Both the position numbers and the translations under genes were made by a program. From the NCBI GenBank assembly GCA_965153355.1, contig OZ231126.1, positions 40,548,001-40,612,000 of the forward strand: DNA of 64,000 bases, in the 5' to 3' direction. The notes under the pieces were generated by a model that saw only the letters and a list, made by a program, of their open reading frames with translations, did not search any database and had not been told where the DNA came from. The number at the start of each line of letters is the position of its first letter. The stretch's first letter is position 1. This document shows positions 52,525-64,000 of this stretch, in pieces. This DNA comes from Flaccisagitta enflata. Lineage: Eukaryota.

Positions 52525-52828
52525 CAGGGGTGTATATTCTTGAGTCGCTTTTGATTTTTTTCCCCCCCTGCCTTTGATTTTCTTCCCCGCGACGCGTCGC
52601 GCCGCGTTTTTATATCTAGGATTATCTACCCCATATAGCAATAAAAGTATGTAGTTAAGGATTAAATAGTGTTAAATTGTGTTTTACTAATTGAGTTTTA
52701 TGATTTGGTACTGTCAAAAGTTATATTTTCCCCCAATTTCCTTTTTTTCCCTTTTTTCCCCCTTTGATTTCTTTCCCCATCTCCCCCCCCCACCGGGGGG
52801 GGGGAAAACTCAAGAATATACAGGCCTG
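52525..52828. mobile_element. hAT-like MITE, 304 bp, 8-bp TSD
   Basis: TIRs CAGGGGTGTATATTCTTGAG / CTCAAGAATATACAGGCCTG; GGGATAAA duplicated at 52517-52524 and 52829-52836. Confidence 0.88.
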
Positions 52829-53459
52829 GGGATAAATAAAAAAAATATTTTGATGTGAGCATGCTAATTCAAGAAAGCATGTCAGTGAGCATAGCTGGTT
52901 GTCTGGTTGAGTGATTTTGAGCATTTTAGCTCATCTACCTCATTTGGCTCAGTCCTATTTTTCTCTGATTTTCAGTGCAATCAATACATAAAATTGTTCT
53001 TGATTTGATTTGCAGTGACTAAAAACAAGCTTGCTGAAAAGTGACCAATGGTTACGACTTTTTTCCTCACGGCGACAGCCGCCATTACTGGTATTTGTTG
53101 TTTTTTCTTTCTTTCTTTTTTGACGTAATCCCGTTTTTAAAAACAAAAAAATTGACTGAAATCCTAAATGCTGAAATAACGAGAGCGCTACCAATAAATG
53201 TGTCACTCGGAAAAAAGGTATGACACTAAAAGAAGAGGATCGCATGAAAACAAGGCCAAATGTCTGGGGGCTGTAATCGCTTGCGGGGGGCATAGGAAAT
53301 CGTCACTTGTAGTTTGGGCAAAAATGCTAACAGCCATGAAAATTTGAACAAGGCCAGATACTCAGCTACCCGAGTCGCCTGCGGTCGATAAGCGCAGCAA
53401 TGCAATACGTTTATAAAGCACATGAACAATAACATATAAACCACTCATACACGCCATAA

Positions 53460-54064
53460 CACCTCTCACAAAATTAGGCGAACTAGGATCAGGACAAGCC
53501 TAAAATTGTGTTTAAAAGTCCAAGGCAGGAGTCCAGGTTAATGATAGTATTGAAATATGGTATTTGCATGAGGGTTCTACGAAAAAAAAAAATCCAAATC
53601 ATATCAACCAAGTGCTGCAAATAGCTGTATCAAATGATATCATGCAAATTAAAGGTTTTGTTTGGCTTAAGATTCATTGCTAAAACCATTCTCTTTGACA
53701 GAGGGTTTTCGTTACTTTTCGCAGCTGTCAATGACTGTATCTTAGTAATGTTGACTCAATTTTGTCTGTTAGTGATACAAGAACCTGAAAAATGATGTGT
53801 GCTTGCATTTTTCAAGGTAAAATTCAAGGAGGTTTAAGTTGTCCCATTATCAAAAATTTCCAAGTCAAAATCAGTCATAATCTTTCACTGCATTTTTGCC
53901 ATAACACTTTCCGAGAGCCACGCACTATCCCGGGTACACAATAAGGCCACGGTTTGTGAAACTACTATATTTTAGCTTCCTTTGTGTCAAATTTCAGCCC
54001 ACTGAATGAATTATTTCTATCAATTTTGATGTTTTTGCCAGTTCGCCTAATTATGTGAGAGGTG
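53460..54064. mobile_element. piggyBac-like non-autonomous element
   Basis: 25-bp TIR CACCTCTCACAAAATTAGGCGAACT / AGTTCGCCTAATTATGTGAGAGGTG, flanked by ATAA and TTAA. Confidence 0.75.
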
Positions 54065-54711
54065 TTAAAAGGAAATTGTTACTGATGGACAGACAATTCG
54101 GTTGGAAAAACTGGATGTGTAAGCAAATGTTTTAATACTGTCGGAAGTGGGGTAAAATTTTTGTTTGAGCAAGGGCCATACGGTTGATCAAGCTGGTAAA
54201 GGGGAATACTTGTGTAACAAAACATCTAAATGATCGACCAACGTATAAACTCAATCGCAGGCACGGCTTTAAAAAGATAAATTGATAAAGACGCTATCTA
54301 TAAGTTTATTAGATATGTAAGGTTATTAGATTGCAAATGTTTGTCATAATCTCATCAAATACGTTAATACCGGCTCTCTGTTGCATTGAACTTAGCATGT
54401 GTGAAGTCATTGACGACGGAATTTCAGTTGGTTTGTAGAAGATTTAAAAAAGCGTGCCACTCAATTCTCCACAAAACAGAAAAAACAAAACAAATATGCT
54501 TACTAAAATTGGTGAAGGCTTGATGATTAACAACTGTGTAACCGAAATCAACATTGTAATCGTGTTGAAACCAAACCGTAAGGCGGTGGAAACTAAACGC
54601 AACCGCAGGACATTTTAATCCAAGGAAAACACTGATCTTTTATGTGACTGAATTCCCTCAGTTGCATTAAACAGTGTGCCTCTGACATCTAACAGAACAA
54701 GGCCAACACCT

Positions 54712-55312
54712 AACCATGCCAAAATAAAAAACCGCAGTACGTTTTGAAATGCTTGGCTCATTAGTTGGAGGCAAATCTACAAAAAATCTATGACCATTTT
54801 AAAGAGCTTCAAAAAATCTATCATTTGATTGGTGTCAGAAAGTTCTTGCTCAAAAACTTTAAAAGTTACAAAAGTTTAAAGTTAAATTGCCAATATCACA
54901 ATTGCAGGAAATTAAATTTTTGTTCCTCTCCATAAACTGTACCTTTTGTATTCATTTAATCTTATTTTCTAAACAAATAAAGCTACTGATTTCTGCTTGG
55001 CGGCATTTTGAAGAAAATGTTCCAAATTTTTTTTCTGTCATGAATTTTTTTTCATTCAGGTGAATATCAATAGAGGTACAAAGGAAACAATGAAAAAATT
55101 TGACCATCAATTTCCTGGCAATTGGGATATTGACATGTTAACTTAAAATGGTTGTAAGTTTTAAAGTTTTTGAGCTAAAACTTTCTGACACCACTCAAAT
55201 GATAAATTTTTTGAAGCTCTTTAAAATGCTCATAGATTTTGTGTAGTTTTGCCTCTTAATAAAGAGCCAAGGGTCATCATATCGCAGTGCGGTTTTTTAT
55301 TTTGGCATGGTT
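54712..55312. mobile_element. Foldback MITE (~600 bp, largely palindromic)
   Basis: AACCATGCCAAAATAAAAAACCGCA / TGCGGTTTTTTATTTTGGCATGGTT termini with long internal inverted arms; TSD unclear. Confidence 0.82.
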
Positions 55313-56585
55313 TTAAGTCGCGTGCGAGACATACAGATTGACTTAGAATAACTTAGAATGACTTAGAATGACTCAGCATACTCTTAAATGACTTTAAATA
55401 ATTCAAAGAAATAAAATGGATGAAAAAAGTAAAAGTGTGACAGACCGACAGACCGACCGACAATGCGGGGTGTAGAGTTGCGTGCACGTGACTAAAAAAA
55501 AACCAAAATGCTCACTAAAATTGGTGATGGCTGAATGATTTGCAACAGTGTAACCAAAATCAACGTTGTAATTGTGAGGAAACCATACCGTTAAAGGGTA
55601 AAAACTAAATGTAATCGCCCAACATTTCAATCCATTTTCCTTCGCTTTGTCAGCCCGTCCCCTTGTCCTTTGGTTGGTCCGTCCACCCTTCAATCAGTTA
55701 GACTTTTTCTCTAAATACTCATTGCCAGCTTCTTGCAACTGATTGTATCGACTTCACCCGGCCCTTGACACTTACTTATGACAGCGTCCCTCCGAGGCCA
55801 ACATTTGTGTTTCAAAGAAGGTCAAAATGGGAAAAAAAATAGATGCAAATGCAAAAACAAGTTATTAAAAGTGATTGAGGTGGGTCAGATATGATATTCA
55901 AGAGAAAAATTTGCATTTATTTAGCAATAGGACCCAGTTTAGGCAATGATACTAAAAAAAGATATTCTTTTTTTTCATTTTTGGTCACTGATAGAATGGT
56001 TGAAATTCTAAATTTGCATAGAAAATGAAAAAATGCAAAAACCAAGAACAAAATGATTACGGAGAGAACTATGTTTTTCAAAATGCAAAATTTCCCTGTA
56101 TACAGCTTTCTAAGAATTTTAACCTCAGAAAATAGAAAAAATTGTAAGAAGAAATTCACTTAAAATCATCATTTTCCTCCTTGTTCTCATGTGAATTGCA
56201 TAGTTCAAATAACATTTAAGGTCAGAATATGATAAATTTGTATGCACCAAGTATCTTTAGAGACAATTTGTCCAGTAAAAGCATTCCAGCTTCATTACTG
56301 TCCGGATAATGATGCAAAAAGTGTGGTGAAACTCTCAAGTTTCCTTTAAAGATTTGCCGTCTTATCAAGGATAGATTTTAGACAGTTTGCATTTTCTGAT
56401 CGTAAAATTTCTCGGCCACAATTAATTTGCAATAAAACTTAGTGGGGTTATGAAATAAGTTCAAGAGACTTTCGTTCGGTGGTTATCAATTTTGGCGACA
56501 TTCATTCATGAATGAATTAGTGTCTTTCCTGTTTGGTCTGCGCTGGTGCTAAGCTTGTTAAGGGTGAAGGGCAGTTGAGATTTTG

Positions 56586-56877
<292 letters not shown>

Positions 56878-58504
56878 TGCAAAACTCTACTCCCCGCCTT
56901 GTCCGTCCGTCCATTACTCGGTCTTGGTCGGTCTCTGTCACAGCCTTGAGGCCCACATCCCAGCCTTGAGGCCCAAATCTCATCCTTGAATCCCTAAGAT
57001 TGGGATTTGGTCCTCAAGGCCCAAATCCCAGCCTTGAGAACAATCTCAGCCTTGAGGCCAAAATTCCAGCCTTGAGGTTAGGTTCTGAGTCAGAGGGGAA
57101 GGGGACGGAGGAGGAGAAGGAGGAGGCAAAAATCCCCCACATGTGTGAAAGCATGAGTCATTGACCCTTTTGGGACTGTTGCCCTGCTCCCCGCCCCCCA
57201 ACTTTAACCACAACCTACTTAGGCAGGGCATGGGTACCGCTGACCAATTAACCCTTTTGCGACAATTATTTTACTTTTTTCTGTTTTTGCGGTGTTTGGC
57301 TTCACTACCTAATCAGTGATTAGTAACCACTACCCATTTGTCTCTCAAATAGGGTCCCTGTCCACTCGCAAACGACTGGGGTAGCCATGCATCCGGCCTT
57401 GTTCTCTCTCTCCTCCACTTTGCCTGGCTTTCATTTTATTCCTTTCCCTCAGTTTTCCCAAAGTACACCATATATTTGCTTCAGAATAGTGATATAACGG
57501 GAAGATAGGCATCTATCATGTTCACCAAGAGACTCTTCCTTTCACGGGGCAACTTTGCCTATCAACATCGAGTCTGTCTCTCTGTCTCTGTTCTTCTGCT
57601 CTCTCCCTCTCTCTCTCTCACACTTTCTTTTCTATCCTTCATAAGCAGCAGTTCCCAAGTGCCGATGTCCCGTGTTGCGCAAGGTGATACCTTTTTGATT
57701 TATACACCTTTTGAAGCTTAGGCCAAGAATTTAAACAGAGTTATTTACCCATGTGTACTCAAGTTGGGACTGCAGGGTTTTTTTTTTCTTTAATACCACT
57801 CTGTGGTAGTTTATCACTGAATTCATGATTGATGCGGAGTGCCACCGTCATTTCATTGCCAAATATGAGATTTGTCAAGTTTCATGACCATCTAACAAGT
57901 TCCTGACAGGGCAGTAACCCCTTCTACAACGACGAAAAGCCTAAAGAATATTGGATTCTATGAATCTCTGAGTGTGTCCTATGGTAATTAGAGGGGATGG
58001 GGGGCACGGTCTTTACAGGAACTTGTCAGATGGCCATGAGACTTAGCAATTCTCAATGTTAACAGGGTTGGAAGAGAAATCTGCACTAGCTTTATATTCT
58101 GAATCATATTTGAAGGACTTTGAAGGACCCCAGGTTGGACGTTTTTGAAAGAGGTAAGATACCTTTTCTCTATCTATATAAGGGCAGTGCTCCTTCAAAA
58201 GTTGACGCAGCAGATATAGCCAGGGCAGATATCTCTGCACTCCCTGTCATGATAAAACTAAAAAGTGTCAGTATGTAAAATTACATCGTTTTTGAGGAAA
58301 GCGACCAGGCATTCCAATCCTAAAATCTAATACCATTGATCAGGTCATGGGTACGCCTGATCATTCACAATTCTTTGGTCACTGATTTCCATCTTTTTTT
58401 CTATTTCTGTCGGTTTCCCATCATTCATAACGATGTGCATCATAACTGAAAGGAGATTGTCATCTCCTGCTTCTCTTTTTCCATCTTCTTGAAAAATGAA
58501 TGGA

Positions 58505-58932
58505 TTTTTTTAGTCGCGTTCTACGCGACTCTACACCCCGCTTTGTCCGTCCATTCGTCGGTTGGTCGGTCGGTTGGGTGGTCCAACTTGTTTTACTTAA
58601 TGTTTTTGCTGTCTCTGGCCTCACTGCTCCCGTCAAATGCTCAAGTAACCTTAAATACGGCTCTTGCGCACCCGCGCGTGACGGGGATAACCATGCATCC
58701 AGCTTTATTATTTTTCATTGTTGACCTGCAGGTGCTTTTTTAGTCGCGTGCTACGCGACTCTACACCCCGCTTTGTCGGTCCGTCCGTCCGTCTGTCCGT
58801 CCGTCACACTTTACTTTTTCGGCGTTTATGGGGTTTTTCGCTATACCGCTCCTGCCCAAATGCTCTACTGACCTCAAATATGGCCCCTGCCCACCCGCAC
58901 GCGACCAGGGAAGCCGTGTATCCGGCCTTGTT
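58505..58932 (+). mobile_element. Two adjacent DINE-1/HINE-like elements (58505-58706 degenerate, 58736-58932 near consensus)
   Basis: Both begin T-run AGTCGCGT..TACGCGACTCTACACCCCGCTTTGTC. Confidence 0.8.
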
Positions 58933-59834
58933 TTTCTATCATTCTGGGGCAGCGTACATGCATGTGACTTAATTTCTACCAACCTATCCTTTAACAGCTA
59001 CTGTGAAAATAGCGAAGGGATGAGTTGTGAAAACCACGGTCGATATCAATTCCCTGTCATACCCCCCCCCCCCCCAAAAAAAAAAAAAAAGAAAAGAAAC
59101 CATAAATACAGATCCGCAATCGAAAACAAGTCCCTTGCAGTTGGACTGGGAGTAATGCTCAGACGTCACTTTTTTCGTTGTTATCTTTTTCACTGCTTCG
59201 TGAACATTCTTTATCTCAAAAATATTTATATTGTTCCTAACTTTTGACATTTCTTGCATGGGTGTCAACAGTATTCGTATCGCCTGCAGTTTTTCGAATA
59301 ATGCCGAAAATCTTTCTGTTTATTCATCGCAGACAGTGAACAATCATTACTCAACTCCGTCTAAAGTATCCTTCACGAGGTGGTCACTCAATCCCAAAAG
59401 AAATGTCCTTCACATTACAATGAGTTTATCACCCTTCCCAATGGACAATACCCATCACCTTTAACGTTGATATTGTATATCACCTACACGGTTGCCTATA
59501 GAAAATACCATCGCATCATGGGGACGTCACCTCTGCGTATCTATCAGCGTATCTATCAAAAAATTTCCATAACCCGTGTCGTTATCACCCATTCCAGTCA
59601 CAAATGTGTCTCCCGAACTTATATGTTATATCGACTGCATCAGACATCTACAAGGTTGTTACATCTTCCCCTTCACCTACGAGGTTGTCACCTATGCCTC
59701 TGCCCTGACAAATATGAAAACGAGACGTGAATTGAACCAAAAGTCATTAATTCTGCGCCTGACTCCTCTTTTTGACCTTTGACCTTTTGGCAACGCAATC
59801 GTGGCCGTGCCTGAACCTTGACAACACACCACGT

Positions 59835-60060
59835 CGGAATCTTGACTTTACGTCAGGTCGGAATCTTGACATCACATCAGGTCAGAATCTTGACTTCACA
59901 TCAGGTCAGAATCTTGACGACAAACCACGTTGAAGTCTTGACTTCACATCAGGAAAGAATCTTGACATCATAATAGATCAGAATCTTGACTTTGCTTCAG
60001 GTCAGAATCTTTTCTTTACATTAGGTCAGAACCTTGACTTTTCATCAGGTCGGAATCTTT
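59835..60060. repeat. 24-bp minisatellite (CAGAATCTTGACTTCACATCAGGT), about 10 units
   Basis: Direct reading; related units reappear near 60541. Confidence 0.88.
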
Positions 60061-60177
60061 ATGATTTTTCCAATCTTGATATAGCGAAAAAAAAACCTTG
60101 TTTGAGACTTTTACCATTTCTGAATCAAGAGACCATTTTACACCTTGGGAACCTTTATACCACATACACACATACAT

Positions 60178-60491
60178 TCTGTCATATGGACAAAACATAA
60201 TAGGTATATATATCATACCGTTGAATTTGATCCAACTTACTGTTTATAAACAAAATATTATTTGCAACATTCAGATGTTGAAATTAAAGTTGGCTGTAAT
60301 GACCAAATCTTGTTTGCAATAATTGGTTGTTTGAATTACAGTCAACCATAATGCTCCAATTTTGTAAAATTACAGCCGGCTGTAATTTCAACCACTAGTT
60401 GTTGCATACAAAATTATGTTTATATTTTATAAGTTGGATCAAAGTTAATGGTGTGATATATATACACCTATTATGTTTTGTCCACTGACTG
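60178..60491. mobile_element. Degenerate foldback MITE
   Basis: TGGACAAAACATAATAGGT...TTTGATCCAACTTA is mirrored by TAAGTTGGATCAAA...ACCTATTATGTTTTGTCCA. Confidence 0.75.
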
Positions 60492-61499
60492 CATGATTTT
60501 AAGTTCATAGCATGTAAATCTTCATGCCATATCATGTCTGGGTCTTGACGTCACATCAGGTGTATGACCTTGTATCACACCACATCTAAATCATGAATTC
60601 ATGACATCAACCACCGCTATAATAACATGAATCGTGATAGCTTACCATGCATATAACTTAAGCGAGGCAATGTAACCAATTAAAGTCTAGCCACGCAATT
60701 GTTCTGCAATTCACAAGCCAAACCACCCCATATCTGAATCATCGTTTAAACCTTCTTTCCACGTTTACACCTACGGGCTTCAAGCGACGATATCGTCATA
60801 TCGGATGTCCGGCCACGAAGGGCAAAGATTGCATTCATCACGAGGTGAGGTGTGACCTAAATAAGTAAGTAAGGGATGACAAAAAGTGGGAGCTTTAGGT
60901 GATCAGCGACACCCGTTGCCCATCAGTGAGTATGGCGCTGTTGTAGAGCAGTAGCCTAGGAAAAACTGATGGCATATACTTTTAGATGATTGGGCCGTAC
61001 ATATGTTGAACCTGGGGTCTGGGCCATAAGGTTGGTGTTTGTACTTTAGCCTAAAGGTTAAGAAGCTGAGTTTTTTGAAACCAGGCTGGGGGGGGGAAGG
61101 GTGGACAGAGGGAAGAAGTGAAAATCCAACATAGTCACAACAACAAGTCACTCCTTCGAGGCTGTTGTTCAAAAAAAGGTATTCACCCACCTTCCTCTCC
61201 GAAATGTGCTGCCTTCCCTATTCAAGCAGTGCACAGATACCGCTGACCTCTTAGCCAGGCGTCGATATTATGAAAAAAAAACTTCCATGGGGCACAATTT
61301 TCACTCAAGTTTCCAACATGCTACTCAAAATCTCCCGGCAATCAATGTGAAAGAAAATGGCACAGAAAATGAAAAGAAAAACACTTGCCTTATTTTTCGA
61401 GCACCAAAATAGAATAGACAGACCCATTTTGCTAAGATGACAGTCACAAAATGCTTGACCCGTTGACTTAAATCTCTCTCTAGCTAAACTTGGATTAGA

Positions 61500-61974
61500 T
61501 ATAGCTAGGCGTCACGATACGAATAAAATAGCCAATTCCATGATGCATTGACAAACTTTATTTTCACGATTAAAGACGACATGACACGAGGGGACACGTC
61601 AAAAGCTGTAAAGAGAGACGATTAAAACCATGAGTTACATAGCCAATTGGCGACTTAAGGATCAATGACAAAACTTAAGGATTAAGCAATAAAACTCAGT
61701 GATAACTTGAGGACGATAATTACCTACGGTCCGACTTGACAAAACTTCAATTAGCCAAGGCGAGACAACGCTTTTAAAAGAAACCAAACTACGAAGAAAT
61801 AAGCGGTGACCAATCACGAGACAGATCACACCGACTTTGACTAATCACGAGACAAATCACGAGCGACACGACGTCATGACAAATCACGATTTAGAATGCA
61901 ATGCAACTCGCAAAAGCGCACAAAACAGTAAAAACGAATAGGACGTGACCAAATATGATACGAAGGAAGCGATA
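61500..61974 (-). repeat. Candidate 3' LTR (475 bp) preceded by polypurine tract AAGGTGGGGG (61984-61975)
   Basis: Minus strand starts TATCGC and ends GCTATA, with AATAAA ~55 nt before the end. No second copy in the window. Confidence 0.5.
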
Positions 61975-62228
61975 CCCCCACCTTAGAATCTTAGATAATC
62001 ACATTAGATAAATTCTAAAAACATGTCACATAAAATCAAAGACATCAAATCAAGGACGAAAATGTTACAATAATTTTTGTTTGATTTTCTCTATCGCTAA
62101 AATAATATTTGTTGGGTTTTCTGGATAAAAGACTAATCAACTGCATATCACATAACAAACAATGAGGATAGCACAATAATTCAAAACTTGCGCAAGGATG
62201 GCGATGAAGTTGAAACGGAGCATCACCC

Positions 62229-64000
62229 CTACCATCTAGAACCATCTCCTCCACTAACCAATGAAACCTTTGGAATGTCTTGAAAATGTCCAATTGGAGG
62301 AGGTTGATGATCTTGGGAATGGCACAGCTCAAACTTGATGAGCGGAGCAGAAGGGACAAATGAGCCACCATAGAACGCCAGCACAAGATCACGGCAATCC
62401 AAGTCATTGGCGTAATACCAAGACCATGGACACCGCTTGATACCACTGGCATTTGGCGATGAAGCATGATACCATTTGTTCTCAACATCACCATGGCAAA
62501 TGCCAGCGATGTTCTTGACAGGATCTTGCAGAGCAGAGTTGTTCTGCCCTTTGTTCTTCAAACGACATGGCAACGATGCCACATACTCTTTATCCAATAG
62601 AAGATGACAGCAGCAATCCAAATGCCACTTGGAGACGAAATCAAAATGGCTAATCTTGGCAAGAGAGGTTTTCTCAATACCAAATTGTTGTTTGCCATCT
62701 TGGAGAAACTTGACATTTTGACTGAGCAACTGACTTGAGCTGGATAATGGAGAAAACAAACTTGGTTTTGGCATAAAAGAGTGGGTTACCCATGAAATCA
62801 GGACCAATATGCACAATATGCTCAATACTGAAATGATCATTTGAAAATTTATCCATGACCTGCTACTTTCCTTGAGTGGAGGGGAGTCCTCAATGTTGGA
62901 TACCCCCACCGCGACATCTTCAGGGACAGGTATGGGAGGCAACTTTTCATCTTCAGTGAACTTTGGAGGACTGTGGAGGTCAAGCTTCTTGAGAGCCTGA
63001 GCACCCCCACCACTTTTCGGCGGAATCTCCAAACGAAAAGTATCTTCTTCTTCATTAACAGAGGCCACTGCCAACCATGCGGACCTAGAAGTGGGGCTTC
63101 CAGTTGGACCCATGATGGTTTGACCAAAGGAAGTATTGAGAATAACAGGGGATGACAGATCATGAAAGCGAGTCTCAAAAGGAGCAAAGACAGGCGCTAA
63201 GTCCGTGCCAATCAACAAAGATACTTCATTACTTGGTAATTCAATCAACTTGACACCTTCCATGTAATCATACTGATCAACATGCACCTGTTTTGGGATA
63301 TGCGAAGAATTGACCGGCAAAGAATCGATTACGAAGACTTCCACATCGTTGATGACACATTTGGGATCCACCATTGACTGGAGAGAAAGCTTTGCCACTT
63401 CAAGCGGCCCATTTACAGTTGAGCCAACTCCATTCAAAGTGATACATTCTCTTCGAGTTTGAATCCTGAACTTCTGTTGGAAGGCTTTAGACACAAGAGT
63501 CTTATTTGATCCAGTGTCAAAAAGCCCATAGACATTAGTAGATTTACCATTGCATTAGGAAGAAAAACTTTCATGGACAAAATTGGTCTGAAACAAAAAT
63601 CCAATTTAGAATCAATGGATGAAATCTCAACTTGCCTTGGCTTAAAACTGGCTACTTCACAAGTGGCTACCTCACTTTTGGGGGCTTCCCTGTTAGCAGA
63701 GTTGGCAGCGCAAACAGGATTTACTATGGCATGATTCACCTCTTGATTACTTGCAACTTGAAAACCTGATAGCTGAAGTAGACGATCTTGTACTCCAGAA
63801 CTGGCTACTTGCGACGCCGCTGGGTTGGCACCGCTGCTTTGGACGTTGGCTTGAATTGAAGACTGATCAGGGTAAACGGGAGAACGATGTAAAAGCGTGT
63901 TGTGCCCAAATCGATTGCAAATTAAACACTTAACTAGCACAGTGCATTGACCAACGCGATGGCCGTACGATAGACATCTAAAGCAAAGACGTTGTTTGAA
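62229..64000 (-). CDS. BEL/Pao Gag C-terminus and aspartic protease fused to a TM helix and Cys-rich region; one frameshift near 63550
   Basis: ORFs 63434-63940 (open to 64000) and 62229-63494 join into one frame if 5 nt (AATGC) are removed at ~63549-63556, giving FLPNGKSTNVYGLFDTGSNKTLVSK. Confidence 0.78.

Larger units (their letters stand above)
61500..64000 (-). mobile_element. BEL/Pao LTR retroelement lacking RT/RNaseH/integrase; continues beyond the window end
   Basis: BEL-type knuckles CFRCLSYGHRVGQC..CLICNRFGHNTLLH; protease VYGLFDTGS..LLIGTD..TSFGQTIMGP; purine tract followed by an LTR-like segment. Confidence 0.82.

Noticed and set aside
59835-60060. Possible octapeptide-repeat coding sequence (QNLDFTSG)
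   Set aside because: In-frame TGA in the fifth unit and no supporting exon context.

Overview
Repeat-dense eukaryotic (probably invertebrate) nuclear DNA, full of (GA)n, (TTTC)n, (TTCA)n and (CA)n microsatellites, so most ORF-track entries are artefacts. Real content: (1) a Polinton/Maverick-type protein-primed family B DNA polymerase gene on the minus strand (about 28434-36019). It is split by six phase-compatible spliceosomal introns, one of them inside the catalytic YSDTDS motif and one GC-AG, and has a single in-frame TAG. A truncated, frameshifted second copy lies at 1654-4757 within a ~6.5-7 kb direct duplication. No capsid, ATPase or integrase gene was recognised. (2) An LTR retrotransposon (about 9482-16030) with a candidate LTR, PBS and leader hairpin. 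Its gag is assembled from three exons and is followed in frame by a protease ORF behind a UGA-CUAG readthrough-type stop. (3) A single-exon F-box gene. (4) A BEL/Pao element at the right end whose protease runs into a transmembrane plus Cys-rich region instead of RT/RNaseH/integrase. (5) Many DINE-1/HINE-like elements, several TIR MITEs and minisatellites. All splice models and family calls were made by eye from motifs and need RNA-seq and HMM confirmation.
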